Positions 9,876 to 20,255 are shown, counted from the stretch's first letter. The stretch: DNA of 50,372 nucleotides from Candidatus Adlerbacteria bacterium (GCA_903819895.1 CAIJFH010000015.1:1-50372); one strand, 5' to 3'. Numbers and translations are program-made. The notes: a model not told the origin generated them from the sequence alone.

Positions 9876-10577
9876 GTGGTGCGCTGGACGACAAAACTAA
9901 AACCATTTTTCCCGTATCTCGAGGACTTGCGGCGGCGGCTCTACGCGACTGTCGTCCTGTTTTGTATCCTCTTTGGAGTTGGTATCTTCGCGTCGCGCTG
10001 GGTGATCGCCTACTTGCTCATCTTCTTTCATATCAAGGGTGTGACCGTGGCGACGACATCGCCGTTTCAACTCGCGGGGCTGGCAGTGGATGTAGGGTTT
10101 TTGTTGGCAACCTGCATCACGCTGCCGGTGTGTATGTTTTTGCTCTATCAATTTGTCTCGCCCGCAATCACGCCGCGCGAGCGTTGGGCGATTATCTTGT
10201 CGGTCCCGGTGAGCATCTTGCTGTTTGTGTTCGGTGCGGGGTATGGATTCCTCATCCTGTACTACTCGCTGGATGCGCTTGCACTGTTTAATCAGAGTTT
10301 GGGACTTGCAAACATCTGGGACATCGGCTCGTTTATCTCGGAGGTGTTGGTGACGTCGCTGTTGTTGGGGCTCGTGTTCCAATTCCCACTCATCATGAGC
10401 GCACTCTTGCGTGTGGGGTTGATCGACACCGCCTTTTTGCGCCGCCATCGTCGCGAGGCGTACTTCGCCATCGTTATTTTTGTCGCGCTCCTGCCACCCA
10501 CCGATGGATTGTCACTTCTTATCATGACCGCACCATTGCTCCTTTTATACGAGGTGGTACTATTAACTCATTACTAG
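9876..10577 (+). CDS. tatC: Twin-arginine translocase subunit TatC
   Basis: YLEDLRRRL, YQFVSPAITPRE, GLVFQFP, LRRHRREAY...LLPPTD...PLLLLYE motifs; about 6 TM segments. Confidence 0.9.
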   Translation: MVRWTTKLKPFFPYLEDLRRRLYATVVLFCILFGVGIFASRWVIAYLLIFFHIKGVTVATTSPFQLAGLAVDVGFLLATCITLPVCMFLLYQFVSPAITPRERWAIILSVPVSILLFVFGAGYGFLILYYSLDALALFNQSLGLANIWDIGSFISEVLVTSLLLGLVFQFPLIMSALLRVGLIDTAFLRRHRREAYFAIVIFVALLPPTDGLSLLIMTAPLLLLYEVVLLTHY

Positions 10578-10604
10578 TTCTTAACGTGCATCCTCATCAC
10601 TACT

Positions 10605-10772
10605 ATGTTTGATTTTATCGGTATGAAAGAGCTCATCGTCATCGCGATTATCGCGCTGCTGCTCTTTGGCTCGAAGCGGATCCCACAGTTGTCCGAAGAT
10701 GTGGTGCAGGCGATTAAGCACTTCCGCCGCGCATTCAAAGACGACGACACCAAAGAAGTCAAAAAGCGCTAG
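10605..10772 (+). CDS. tatA: Twin-arginine translocase subunit TatA/E (55 aa)
   Basis: Hand-translated MFDFIGMKELIVIAIIALLLFGSKRIPQLSEDVVQAIKHFRRAFKDDDTKEVKKR: TM helix, FG hinge, amphipathic helix; directly after tatC. Confidence 0.9.
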   Translation: MFDFIGMKELIVIAIIALLLFGSKRIPQLSEDVVQAIKHFRRAFKDDDTKEVKKR

Positions 10773-10886
10773 CACGCTCGTTCGTTGCGGCGTATCTCTG
10801 CCCGCTTGACCGCGTCCATAATTTGCCTATAGTTAAGGCGATTTGGGCGCGTTATTAGTAGTGGTCGGTAATCACCATTTTTCGCT

Positions 10887-11294
10887 ATGAAGAAAAAAGT
10901 ATCTGCAAAGAAAGCAAAATCTAATGTAAAGAAATCAACAGTGCGAGTCGCAACAAAGAGTGCAGCGACACCGAGCAAGCACACCGTCAGCTACTCGTTC
11001 GGCGCGCTTGGGGTAATCCCGCTTGGCGACCGCATTTTGCTCAAGCCAATCAAGCCCGAGACAACCACCTCGTTTGGTCTGGTGATCCCCGACTCGGCAA
11101 AAGAAAAACCCGAGCAGGGCGAGGTGGTCGCGGTTGGCCCCGGCAAGCGCACCGACTGTGGCGAGATTATTCCAGTTGCTGTCTCTGTTGGTGACAAGGT
11201 TATGTTCTCGAAATACGGTTTCGATGAAGTAAAAGTGCAGGGTGTCGAGTACTACCTTGTGCGCGAGGACAGCATCAGCTTGATTCTTGAGTAA
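10887..11294 (+). CDS. groES: Co-chaperonin GroES with Lys-rich N-terminal extension
   Basis: PLGDRILLK...IPDSAKEKPEQGEVVAVGPG...GDKVMFSKY. Confidence 0.93.
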   Translation: MKKKVSAKKAKSNVKKSTVRVATKSAATPSKHTVSYSFGALGVIPLGDRILLKPIKPETTTSFGLVIPDSAKEKPEQGEVVAVGPGKRTDCGEIIPVAVSVGDKVMFSKYGFDEVKVQGVEYYLVREDSISLILE

Positions 11295-11315
11295 TCAACA
11301 TTAGTATCCCGCTAA

Positions 11316-12980
<1,665 letters not shown>

Positions 12981-12984
12981 AAAA

Positions 12985-13005
12985 TACATAGGTCCGTCCT
13001 GTGTA
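12985..13005. repeat. REP-like hairpin TACATAGG-TCCGT-CCTGTGTA
   Basis: Near-identical copy at 34973; AGG-N5-CCT core. Confidence 0.6.
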
Positions 13006-13007
13006 GC

Positions 13008-13036
13008 AAAAACCACCCCACACTGGGGTAGTTTTT
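13008..13036 (+). terminator. Intrinsic terminator after groEL
   Basis: AAAAACCACCCCA-CAC-TGGGGTAGTTTTT. Confidence 0.75.
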
Positions 13037-13071
13037 GTACACAACAGTGCGATTTGGTATACTACTGGTGT

Positions 13072-13632
13072 ATGACACTTCTATATATTGTGCTCGCGGT
13101 TTTAGCAGTAATTGTGCTGTGGGTCGTGTTTGCGTATAACCATTTTGTCACGATGGTGCAGCGGGCGGGGGAGGCATGGGCCGATATTGATGTGCAGCTC
13201 AAGCGTCGCTACGACCTCATCCCCAACTTGGTCGAGACGGTCAAGGGCTACGCCACACACGAAAAGACCACATTTGAGAATATCGCAGCAGCGCGCTCGG
13301 CGGCGATGGGTGCACAAGGTCTCGAGGCAAAAGGTGCTGCAGAGAATCAGCTGAGCACGACACTCAAGTCGCTCTTTGCGGTCGCTGAGGCGTATCCAGA
13401 GCTCAAGGCAAATCAAAACTTCCTCTCATTGCAGGGCGAGTTGTCGGATACCGAAAATAAAATCCAGGCCGCTCGCCGCTTTTACAACGGCAACGTCCGC
13501 GACCTCAACACTGCGCTCGCGAGTTTCCCTGGCAATATAATCGCAGGCGCATTCCATTTCGAAAAGCGCGAGTTCTTCGAGCTTGGCGACGCCGATGCTG
13601 CTGCGCGCGAGCCGGTTGCCGTAAAGTTCTGA
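13072..13632 (+). CDS. lemA: LemA family protein
   Basis: N-terminal TM, AWADIDVQLKRRYDLIPNLVETVKGYA, AEAYPELKANQNF; start moved to ATG 13072. Confidence 0.95.
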   Translation: MTLLYIVLAVLAVIVLWVVFAYNHFVTMVQRAGEAWADIDVQLKRRYDLIPNLVETVKGYATHEKTTFENIAAARSAAMGAQGLEAKGAAENQLSTTLKSLFAVAEAYPELKANQNFLSLQGELSDTENKIQAARRFYNGNVRDLNTALASFPGNIIAGAFHFEKREFFELGDADAAAREPVAVKF

Positions 13633-13645
13633 TATACTTCTGAGT

Positions 13646-14065
13646 ATGGAGAACCCAGTCGAGACAATGCAGCGTAAGGTGACCTACGCGGCATGCACGT
13701 TGCTGGCGTTTATTCTCTCATTGCCGCCATTGGCTGCGGTGGTTATCACTCCGGTGGGGCGCATGTTCGGCTGTAGTGGCGGTTTTTTTAATACGCTGGT
13801 CGAGTGTCATACGGCAAACGAGTTGGTCGTGTCGCTCTACAACGCGCTCTCGCTCGCGGCACTCACCGGGATGCTGTTTGGGGTGGTGTTTGTCCCGCTC
13901 GCAATCGGCCTCTCGGCGATCTCGGCCGAAAAATTGTCACATACGCCGGGCAGCCGGGTGCTCGCGGGCGCAGCGTGGTCGGTGCTGCTGCTCCAGGTGT
14001 TTGCGATCTGGTTCTTTTGCGTGGTGGTGCTCATCCCGCTGCTCTCCTACGTGTCTCATGCGTAA
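13646..14065 (+). CDS. Hypothetical membrane protein (about 3 TM)
   Basis: 139-aa hydrophobic ORF between lemA and the DUF2207 gene; TGATATACT upstream. Confidence 0.65.
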   Translation: MENPVETMQRKVTYAACTLLAFILSLPPLAAVVITPVGRMFGCSGGFFNTLVECHTANELVVSLYNALSLAALTGMLFGVVFVPLAIGLSAISAEKLSHTPGSRVLAGAAWSVLLLQVFAIWFFCVVVLIPLLSYVSHA

Positions 14066-15806
14066 GCAATCCATCGTCATCGTATGCATGGCGCTCGCAC
14101 TCTGCGCTGTTGGCGCGGTGGGGGTGGCGCATGCGCAAACAAGTACACACCCAACTGCGCAGGCGGGCGGCGAGCATATCGAGCATTTTGATGTGACCGC
14201 GCATGTGCATGCCGACGCGACCGTCGCAGTTGTCGAGACAATCGCATACGCCTTTGGTGGGGCACAGCGGCACGGTATCTTCCGTGACATCCCGGTGCGC
14301 TACGCGACGACGCTGGGCCAGCAGTCGATCGCCCTTTCCAATATCTCGGTGGTGGATCAAAACGGCACACCGCAATCGTTTACTATTTCCTACCCCGGCT
14401 CCAACGAGGAGTTGAAGATCGGCGACGCCAACACGCTCGTGACCGGCAACAAAACGTATATCATCTCCTACACCGTCTCGCGCTCGGTTGGCTATTTTGC
14501 CGATTACGACGAGTGGTATTGGAATGTCACTGGCAACGGCTGGCAGGTGCCTATCGACGAGGCGAGCGCCGAAGTATTTTTGCCTCAGGCCGTGGCGCCG
14601 CTCGATGCGCGTGTTGCTTGCTACCAAGGCCCTGCGGGCAGCAATGAGCAGTGCGCGACAACCCAAGGCAGCGCTTCGATCGACAAAGTGTTGTTTGCTG
14701 CGTCACGCCCACTCGCGCGGGGCGAGGGGCTCACGGTCGCGGTCGGGTTCCCCAAGGGGATTGTCGAGCAGCCGTCGGTGTGGGCAGGAGTGCTCCAGGC
14801 ATTTCTCGACAACAGCATCCTGGCACTGCCGTTTATTATTTTCATCGCGATGTTTGTGCGTTGGTACAACAAAGGTCGCGACCCGCGCGGCCGCGGCACC
14901 ATCATCCCCGAGTACGACGCGCCAGACAATCTCACGCCCATCGAGTGTGCGACGGTGCTCCATAGCCGTGTACACGATGCAGCAATCTCTGCCGAGTTGA
15001 TCTCGCTCGCGACGCGCGGCTACCTCACCATTACGCGCAGCGACGAAAAAGTATTGCTCTTTACACACACCGACTATGTGCTCAACCGGCTCACGCCAAG
15101 TGGTGGCGAGGCATTGAGCACGTTCGACCAACTGCTCCTCGACGCACTCTTTGTTGATGGTGCGACCGAGCGAAAACTGTCGGATCTCAAAAATAATTTT
15201 TATACACAACTGCCCGCAATTAAAACAGCAACACTCTCGGCGCTGGTGACTAAAGGATATTTCCCCGAAAACCCCACCGCAGTGGTGGGCGCGTACCTCA
15301 CAATGGGAATCCTGTGCATTGTTGCTGGCTTTTCGGTGGCGTACCTTTTTGGTGCGCTGTGGTGTATCAGTTTGATCGTGTCAGGCAGTATTGTCGTCGC
15401 GTTTGGGTACCTGATGCCGCGCGTCACGCAGCAGGGGGCGGTCGCACGCGAGCATATCAAAGGGCTCGCGCTGTATCTTGATGTTGCCGAAAAGTCGCGC
15501 ATCGCGTTCCATAATGCGCCCGAGAAAAATCCTGCACTGTTTGAAAAACTGCTGCCCTATGCGATGGTGCTCGGTGTCGAAGAGCAGTGGGCAAAACAAT
15601 TCGAGGGCATCTACACCACGCCACCCAGCTGGTACCACGACCCGCACGGCGGCGCGTTTAATGCAATCATCCTCGCCGACTCGTTGCATACCTTCTCGAC
15701 CAGCGCCTCGTCGACACTTGCTGCCGCGCCCAGTGGCGGCTCGGGCTCGATGGGTGGCGGGTTTTCGGGTGGTGGTTTTGGTGGTGGGGGAGGCGGGAGT
15801 TGGTAA
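14058..15806 (+). CDS. DUF2207 family membrane protein
   Basis: Signal peptide MRKQSIVIV..., HGIFRDIP, YWNVTGNGW, LLPYAMVLG, Gly-rich GGGGGGSW end. Confidence 0.88.
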   Translation: MRKQSIVIVCMALALCAVGAVGVAHAQTSTHPTAQAGGEHIEHFDVTAHVHADATVAVVETIAYAFGGAQRHGIFRDIPVRYATTLGQQSIALSNISVVDQNGTPQSFTISYPGSNEELKIGDANTLVTGNKTYIISYTVSRSVGYFADYDEWYWNVTGNGWQVPIDEASAEVFLPQAVAPLDARVACYQGPAGSNEQCATTQGSASIDKVLFAASRPLARGEGLTVAVGFPKGIVEQPSVWAGVLQAFLDNSILALPFIIFIAMFVRWYNKGRDPRGRGTIIPEYDAPDNLTPIECATVLHSRVHDAAISAELISLATRGYLTITRSDEKVLLFTHTDYVLNRLTPSGGEALSTFDQLLLDALFVDGATERKLSDLKNNFYTQLPAIKTATLSALVTKGYFPENPTAVVGAYLTMGILCIVAGFSVAYLFGALWCISLIVSGSIVVAFGYLMPRVTQQGAVAREHIKGLALYLDVAEKSRIAFHNAPEKNPALFEKLLPYAMVLGVEEQWAKQFEGIYTTPPSWYHDPHGGAFNAIILADSLHTFSTSASSTLAAAPSGGSGSMGGGFSGGGFGGGGGGSW

Positions 15807-15824
15807 ATTTGGTATAGTGGACAC

Positions 15825-15879
15825 ATGGCAACGCTCTACACGCATCAGACAGAAAATAGCGCCAAGACGTGGGTCTTGA
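15825..15879 (+). repeat. 55-bp duplicate of the htpX 5' end (truncated copy encoding 19 aa)
   Basis: Matches 16756..16810 with one synonymous mismatch. Confidence 0.95.
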
Positions 15880-15886
15880 ATTGAGT

Positions 15887-16735
15887 ATGAAATCTCTTGA
15901 ACGAAAGCACATTGTGTCTAGAATGGAAAGTCAGGAAAAACCTGCAACTGGAAAGATACTTGCTTGTGTTGGCACAATCGAGCAGTTTAATGCGGACACT
16001 GATGACAAAGTATCTCTCCTAGAAGCTGGTGCAACCCCAGTTGATTATTATGGAAATGACGCAGTGTGGAAGCAATTTAATCAGAGGAATGCGGGAGTTG
16101 ATTCTTATGTGATATCGGCTCTTGATTCTTCAGACAAAAAATCGGCGGGGTATGCCGATTGCACGGGGCTTGTTGCAGTTGGTATAGACAAGGAAACTGG
16201 CAAAAATATCTCTATTCTCACCCATCAGGATAGTAAATCTGTTCTCAATCGCAATATGCCTGATGCGGGACGAGATACATTCATTGCCGACCTTTCGACG
16301 AGTTTGACTGAGCTACGGACTCGCTGCGAGAGTGGGAGTATAGATACGGTTGTATTTGGTGGCTGGACAGAAGGGGTCGGTTCTTCTGTGTATCCCTATA
16401 GTGCGGAGGAGTATAAAGAGATGGTAATGCTGATTGGTTCATTGAGTCAAAATGTTTTGGGTATTGATCCTGTTGTTGTCGTTGGTCCAAATCTTGAGCA
16501 TAATATTTTAGGAAATGGAATGGACGAGGACACTGTGCGGTCGCTTAAATCAGGTGGGCAAACTATAATGGATAGAGACCCACGGGATAAAGACGTCAGT
16601 GTTATCTTTGATACACAAAGAAGGCGTTTATACATGACTCGTCCAGGACAGTATGGTGCCGGAGATTACACTTTTCCTGCATCGCGAGTCAAAGAGATGG
16701 AGCAGAACTGGACTGATGACACATGGATGGATTGA
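15887..16735 (+). CDS. AT-rich inserted hypothetical protein, possible CheD/YfiH-like Cys-His hydrolase
   Basis: ORF between the two htpX-start copies; ADCTGLVAVG...ILTHQD and VVFGG motifs. Confidence 0.65.
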   Translation: MKSLERKHIVSRMESQEKPATGKILACVGTIEQFNADTDDKVSLLEAGATPVDYYGNDAVWKQFNQRNAGVDSYVISALDSSDKKSAGYADCTGLVAVGIDKETGKNISILTHQDSKSVLNRNMPDAGRDTFIADLSTSLTELRTRCESGSIDTVVFGGWTEGVGSSVYPYSAEEYKEMVMLIGSLSQNVLGIDPVVVVGPNLEHNILGNGMDEDTVRSLKSGGQTIMDRDPRDKDVSVIFDTQRRRLYMTRPGQYGAGDYTFPASRVKEMEQNWTDDTWMD

Positions 16736-16755
16736 TAATTAAGTACTAATAGAAT

Positions 16756-17649
16756 ATGGCAACGCTCTACACGCATCAGACAGAAAATAGCGCCAAAACG
16801 TGGGTCTTGATGGGCGTCTTTTTGGCGGTCGTCGTCGCGGTCGGCTGGGCCGTGTCGTGGTATTTCCATAATCCAGGACTGCTCATCTTCGCGATCATCT
16901 TTGCGTTTGCGATGAACATCGGCAGCTACTGGTTCTCGGACAAATTAGTGATCGCGATGGCGGGCGCCACCCCTGCCGATGGTCCCGAGTATATCGAACT
17001 CAATCGCATTGTCGAAAATCTGTCCATCACCGCGGGGCTGCCCAAGCCAAACGTGTATATCATCGACGACCAAGCGCCGAATGCGTTTGCTACGGGGCGC
17101 AACGCCACGCATGCGGCGGTCGCCGTCACCACGGGGCTCTTGGCGATGATGAACAAGCAGGAGCTCGAGGGTGTGCTCGCGCACGAGCTGTCGCACATCG
17201 GCAACCGCGACATGGTTGTCTCGACGGTCGCGGTCGTCTTGGTTGGCATCATTACACTTGTTGCCGACTTTTTTCTCCGTGCGTCACTTTTTGGTGGTGA
17301 TGATCGCGAGGAGCGCGGCGGCAACCCATTGTTGACGATCCTCGCCATCGCCTTTGTGGTCCTCTCGCCCATCTTGGCGACGATGCTACAGCTCGCAATC
17401 TCGCGAAAGCGCGAGTTTTTGGCCGACGCCTCGGGCGCACTGTTGACCCGCTACCCCGAGGGGCTCGCCTCGGCGCTCGCTAAAATTGGCGCGTATGCAG
17501 AGCCAATGGAGCATCCCAACAACGCGACCGCACACCTGTACATCTCCAACCCGTTTGGCGCGCACGCGGCGATGAGCGGTATCTCCAAACTGTTTATGAC
17601 ACATCCGCCGATTGAGGACCGTATCAACGCATTGGTGGGGGACAAGTAG
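16756..17649 (+). CDS. htpX: Zinc metalloprotease HtpX (M48)
   Basis: PNAFATG, HELSH, AISRKREFLAD, FMTHPP. Confidence 0.95.
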   Translation: MATLYTHQTENSAKTWVLMGVFLAVVVAVGWAVSWYFHNPGLLIFAIIFAFAMNIGSYWFSDKLVIAMAGATPADGPEYIELNRIVENLSITAGLPKPNVYIIDDQAPNAFATGRNATHAAVAVTTGLLAMMNKQELEGVLAHELSHIGNRDMVVSTVAVVLVGIITLVADFFLRASLFGGDDREERGGNPLLTILAIAFVVLSPILATMLQLAISRKREFLADASGALLTRYPEGLASALAKIGAYAEPMEHPNNATAHLYISNPFGAHAAMSGISKLFMTHPPIEDRINALVGDK

Positions 17650-17651
17650 GG

Positions 17652-17680
17652 TTGACGCTTTTGCCGCGCGGGAGTATAAA
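17652..17680 (+). promoter_or_regulatory. Sigma70-type promoter TTGACG-N17-TATAAA
   Basis: Consensus-like -35/-10 with 17-nt spacing upstream of a small ORF. Confidence 0.65.
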
Positions 17681-17733
17681 AGCTCTTGTCGCCACCATAA
17701 CGGTGTCGACGTTTCGTTTTGGGGAGTTCGGTT

Positions 17734-17901
17734 ATGAAACGAGGTCGTGCAGGCCGTGTTGCTGCTGCGTTGAAACAGAAGCCGATTGCCGACAAGGCGG
17801 TGCAACAGGCAGCGCGAGCCGCAAGCGCACTGCTCGTTAGCCGCAAGCCTGGGCACGGTCACGAGCGCGAGCGGCGCGGCAGCGTTAATCAGGGGCAGTA
17901 G
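17734..17901 (+). CDS. Small basic 55-aa protein
   Basis: GGGAG RBS, own promoter and downstream hairpin at 17921-17947. Confidence 0.55.
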   Translation: MKRGRAGRVAAALKQKPIADKAVQQAARAASALLVSRKPGHGHERERRGSVNQGQ

Positions 17902-18039
17902 CCCCCAAGTTCGACGGGTTCCGCCCTGTGCATGTCGCACGGGGCGGGGCTCAAACTCTCTAGTTAGACGTGACGTGCGTACGGTGTTCAGAGATTTTTC
18001 TGACACAGAGGCCTATGTATTGAAAGGTAGGTAATTAGA

Positions 18040-18231
18040 ATGGTTAAATTTGAGGATGGTATTTATTCGATGGGTCCAGAAGAGTTGGGGCCATTGATGT
18101 CTCAGTTTACAAAAAGCACGCCGAGTAATCGGGAGGTGCAACGTTCTTTAGAGATATTACGACCAGCTACGACTGCATCAACCAGCAAGGTTGGTGGCAG
18201 ACGAATAAAGGGGAAGAAGCGCCGTTATTAG
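18040..18231 (+). CDS. Small hypothetical protein with basic C-terminus
   Basis: 63-aa ATG ORF followed by a hairpin at ~18250-18272. Confidence 0.45.
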   Translation: MVKFEDGIYSMGPEELGPLMSQFTKSTPSNREVQRSLEILRPATTASTSKVGGRRIKGKKRRY

Positions 18232-18308
18232 CGCCCCTCCCTGACTACCGGGCGGCTCTTTTGTGAGCCGTCTTTCTTGTATATAGCCCGCTGGTGCCGG
18301 ATTTTGGT

Positions 18309-18396
18309 TGGCGGAGGCGGAGAGATTCGAACTCTCGGTGGGTTGCCCCACACAGACTTTCCAGGTCTGCGCACTAGACCGCTATGCGACGCCTCC
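18309..18396 (-). tRNA. tRNA-Ser(GGA), CCA encoded
   Basis: GGAGGCG acceptor stem, CT-GGA-AA anticodon loop, long variable arm, TTCGAAT T-loop. Confidence 0.95.
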
Positions 18397-18508
18397 ATAG
18401 GTATTCTTTTTTTCGCACAGACCAACGCAACCACACCATCATGCGCTAAAAACACTTTTTTCTCAAGGCGCACTATTTTTTTGAAAAAGATTCCTAAGAC
18501 GTGTTGTA

Positions 18509-19060
18509 TTATTCTATCTCCACCAGCACTTCGTGGCGAGTCATCCAAGGTGGCGTCCATGGCGGATTGTATCCGGCATACTGCGGCTCGCCGTGTGTCA
18601 CCACGTTGTCGCGTGTGAGTGCTGCGCGTAACTCGTGCTTTTTTGCCTCTACACGGTCAGCGGTGCGCAGCCAGGAGAATCGTATCACCGCCATTTTTTT
18701 CTCTGGGATGGTAACGATTTTCACTCGTGGGTCGGTTGGGGTCGGCAGGGTGGCGAGCGTGTAGGAGCGCGGCATGCCAAAGGATATGGTGTGTGATTCG
18801 CCCTCGATGCTTGCCAATACCGGCGCGGTCATGGCAATTCTCTCACCTCCTTTTTGCTCGACCACAGGCGCGGTCATCGCGATGCGCTCCTTTTTTCTAT
18901 TGCCGCCAAAGATGTAACCGGCCACGATGCGGAACCCTTGGTTGAGCGCGCGGCGATACGGCCCCTGCACCACCGTTTGTGCCACGATGTGTGCAGAATA
19001 GATGCGTATCTCGTACCCCTTCTCGGATCGCACGACGGTGTACTCGGCTTGTTCAGTCAT
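18509..19060 (-). CDS. SOUL family heme-binding protein
   Basis: YEIRIY, GFRIVAGYIFGGN, IAMTAPV, YNPPWT. Confidence 0.9.
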   Translation of the reverse strand: MTEQAEYTVVRSEKGYEIRIYSAHIVAQTVVQGPYRRALNQGFRIVAGYIFGGNRKKERIAMTAPVVEQKGGERIAMTAPVLASIEGESHTISFGMPRSYTLATLPTPTDPRVKIVTIPEKKMAVIRFSWLRTADRVEAKKHELRAALTRDNVVTHGEPQYAGYNPPWTPPWMTRHEVLVEIE

Positions 19061-19189
19061 ACGAATACAATAGCACCTTATTATTGTATAGAAAATAAAA
19101 AAGAGCGGCTCACCAACTGGCAAGCCGCCCCTATAGGCACTCTTTTCTTGGAAATTTTCCCTCTTATTTATTATGCATGAATCAGTTTT

Positions 19190-19366
19190 TTAGCTGAAAC
19201 GGCGCGCGAGTTCTTCGATTGTCTCTGGGTTGCTCAGATGGTCGTCCTCCTTTGTGGTCGTTTTTCTTGCCGCAAGGACACCCTCGTTATAAACCGCCTC
19301 GAAACGCCTAGCGGTTTCTTCATCTTCTTCTTCGAACTGAGGCGCTTCGTCGTTTCCGAAATCCAT
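19190..19366 (-). CDS. Small acidic hypothetical protein (58 aa)
   Basis: GGAGG RBS upstream of ATG 19366; MDFGNDEAPQFEEEDEE... Confidence 0.55.
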   Translation of the reverse strand: MDFGNDEAPQFEEEDEETARRFEAVYNEGVLAARKTTTKEDDHLSNPETIEELARRFS

Positions 19367-19439
19367 TAGAACCCTCCTGTTTGTGCAAGACGCGGAACAT
19401 GCCGCGTCGAGTTGAGAGTAGGATATGTATGATTGTTTG

Positions 19440-19994
19440 TCAAACACCAATCCGCACATACACCGCGTACCAGTCGGTGGAGATTTCTTTTTGGGCGTCG
19501 GGGAGGGAGAGTTTGCCCGAGCATACTTGGTCGTGGAGATAATTTTCGACCACATCTTTTTCGTGGAAGCCGGGTCGGGGCAGCGCGGGCTCGGGCCACA
19601 GGTTGGTGATGTCGTTGGATCCGCCCAGCTCGAGCGAGATAAAATGGTCGGCCTCGTAGCTGCCTGCTGGTTGTGGGTAGGCGAGGTGATACTCGGCGTA
19701 CACTTCTCTTTTTTCTGCAACGGGCACATTGCGCACCGACGTGGCGTAGCCCGGGGCGCAGACAGTTGCCGCATCGGTGGTGAGCACGGCGCCCGGCGTG
19801 AGCGCAGGGTCGGGGTAGAGGTTGGCAGCGCCCGCTTTGGCGTTGTTCGTATCACTCGTGCTCGTTGCTGCGCCGGCACTTGCCACCAGGTTTGTGCGAG
19901 ATGGCTGCAGCGCGGTAGTGCTCTGTTGGTGCAGCGCCCAAGAGCCGCACACGATGATAATCGAGACAATACTCAGCAGTGTCCGCAGGCGCAT
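19440..19994 (-). CDS. Exported HNH-like nuclease
   Basis: N-terminal hydrophobic leader; YEADHFISLELGGSNDITNLWPE..KD..EN. Confidence 0.75.
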   Translation of the reverse strand: MRLRTLLSIVSIIIVCGSWALHQQSTTALQPSRTNLVASAGAATSTSDTNNAKAGAANLYPDPALTPGAVLTTDAATVCAPGYATSVRNVPVAEKREVYAEYHLAYPQPAGSYEADHFISLELGGSNDITNLWPEPALPRPGFHEKDVVENYLHDQVCSGKLSLPDAQKEISTDWYAVYVRIGV

Positions 19995-20255
19995 GAGGAT
20001 ATGATAGCAGGGATTTGCACAGTGTCTCGTTTGCACTTTTTTACACCTCTGATATAGTCGAGACACATGAACGCAACCCACGCACATCGCCGTCGTGGTA
20101 TGAAGTGGCTTCTCCTTAGCACGAGGAGCGGGTTTTTTGCGTCTGTAGAAAAGTAATACATACAAACGCAACTGCAAGAAAACCCGTTCCTCTAACCAGG
20201 AGCGGGTTTTCTCTTTATAAAAATATCTCTGTATCAACTTAATCAGCAACACATC

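Noticed and set aside
1-10772. Prophage tail module or contractile injection system
   Set aside because: No recognisable capsid, portal, terminase, sheath, tube, baseplate or integrase genes; composition matches the host genes. Sequence left of the window is unseen.
10773-10886. CIRCE operator upstream of groES
   Set aside because: No TTAGCACTC-N9-GAGTGCTAA match.
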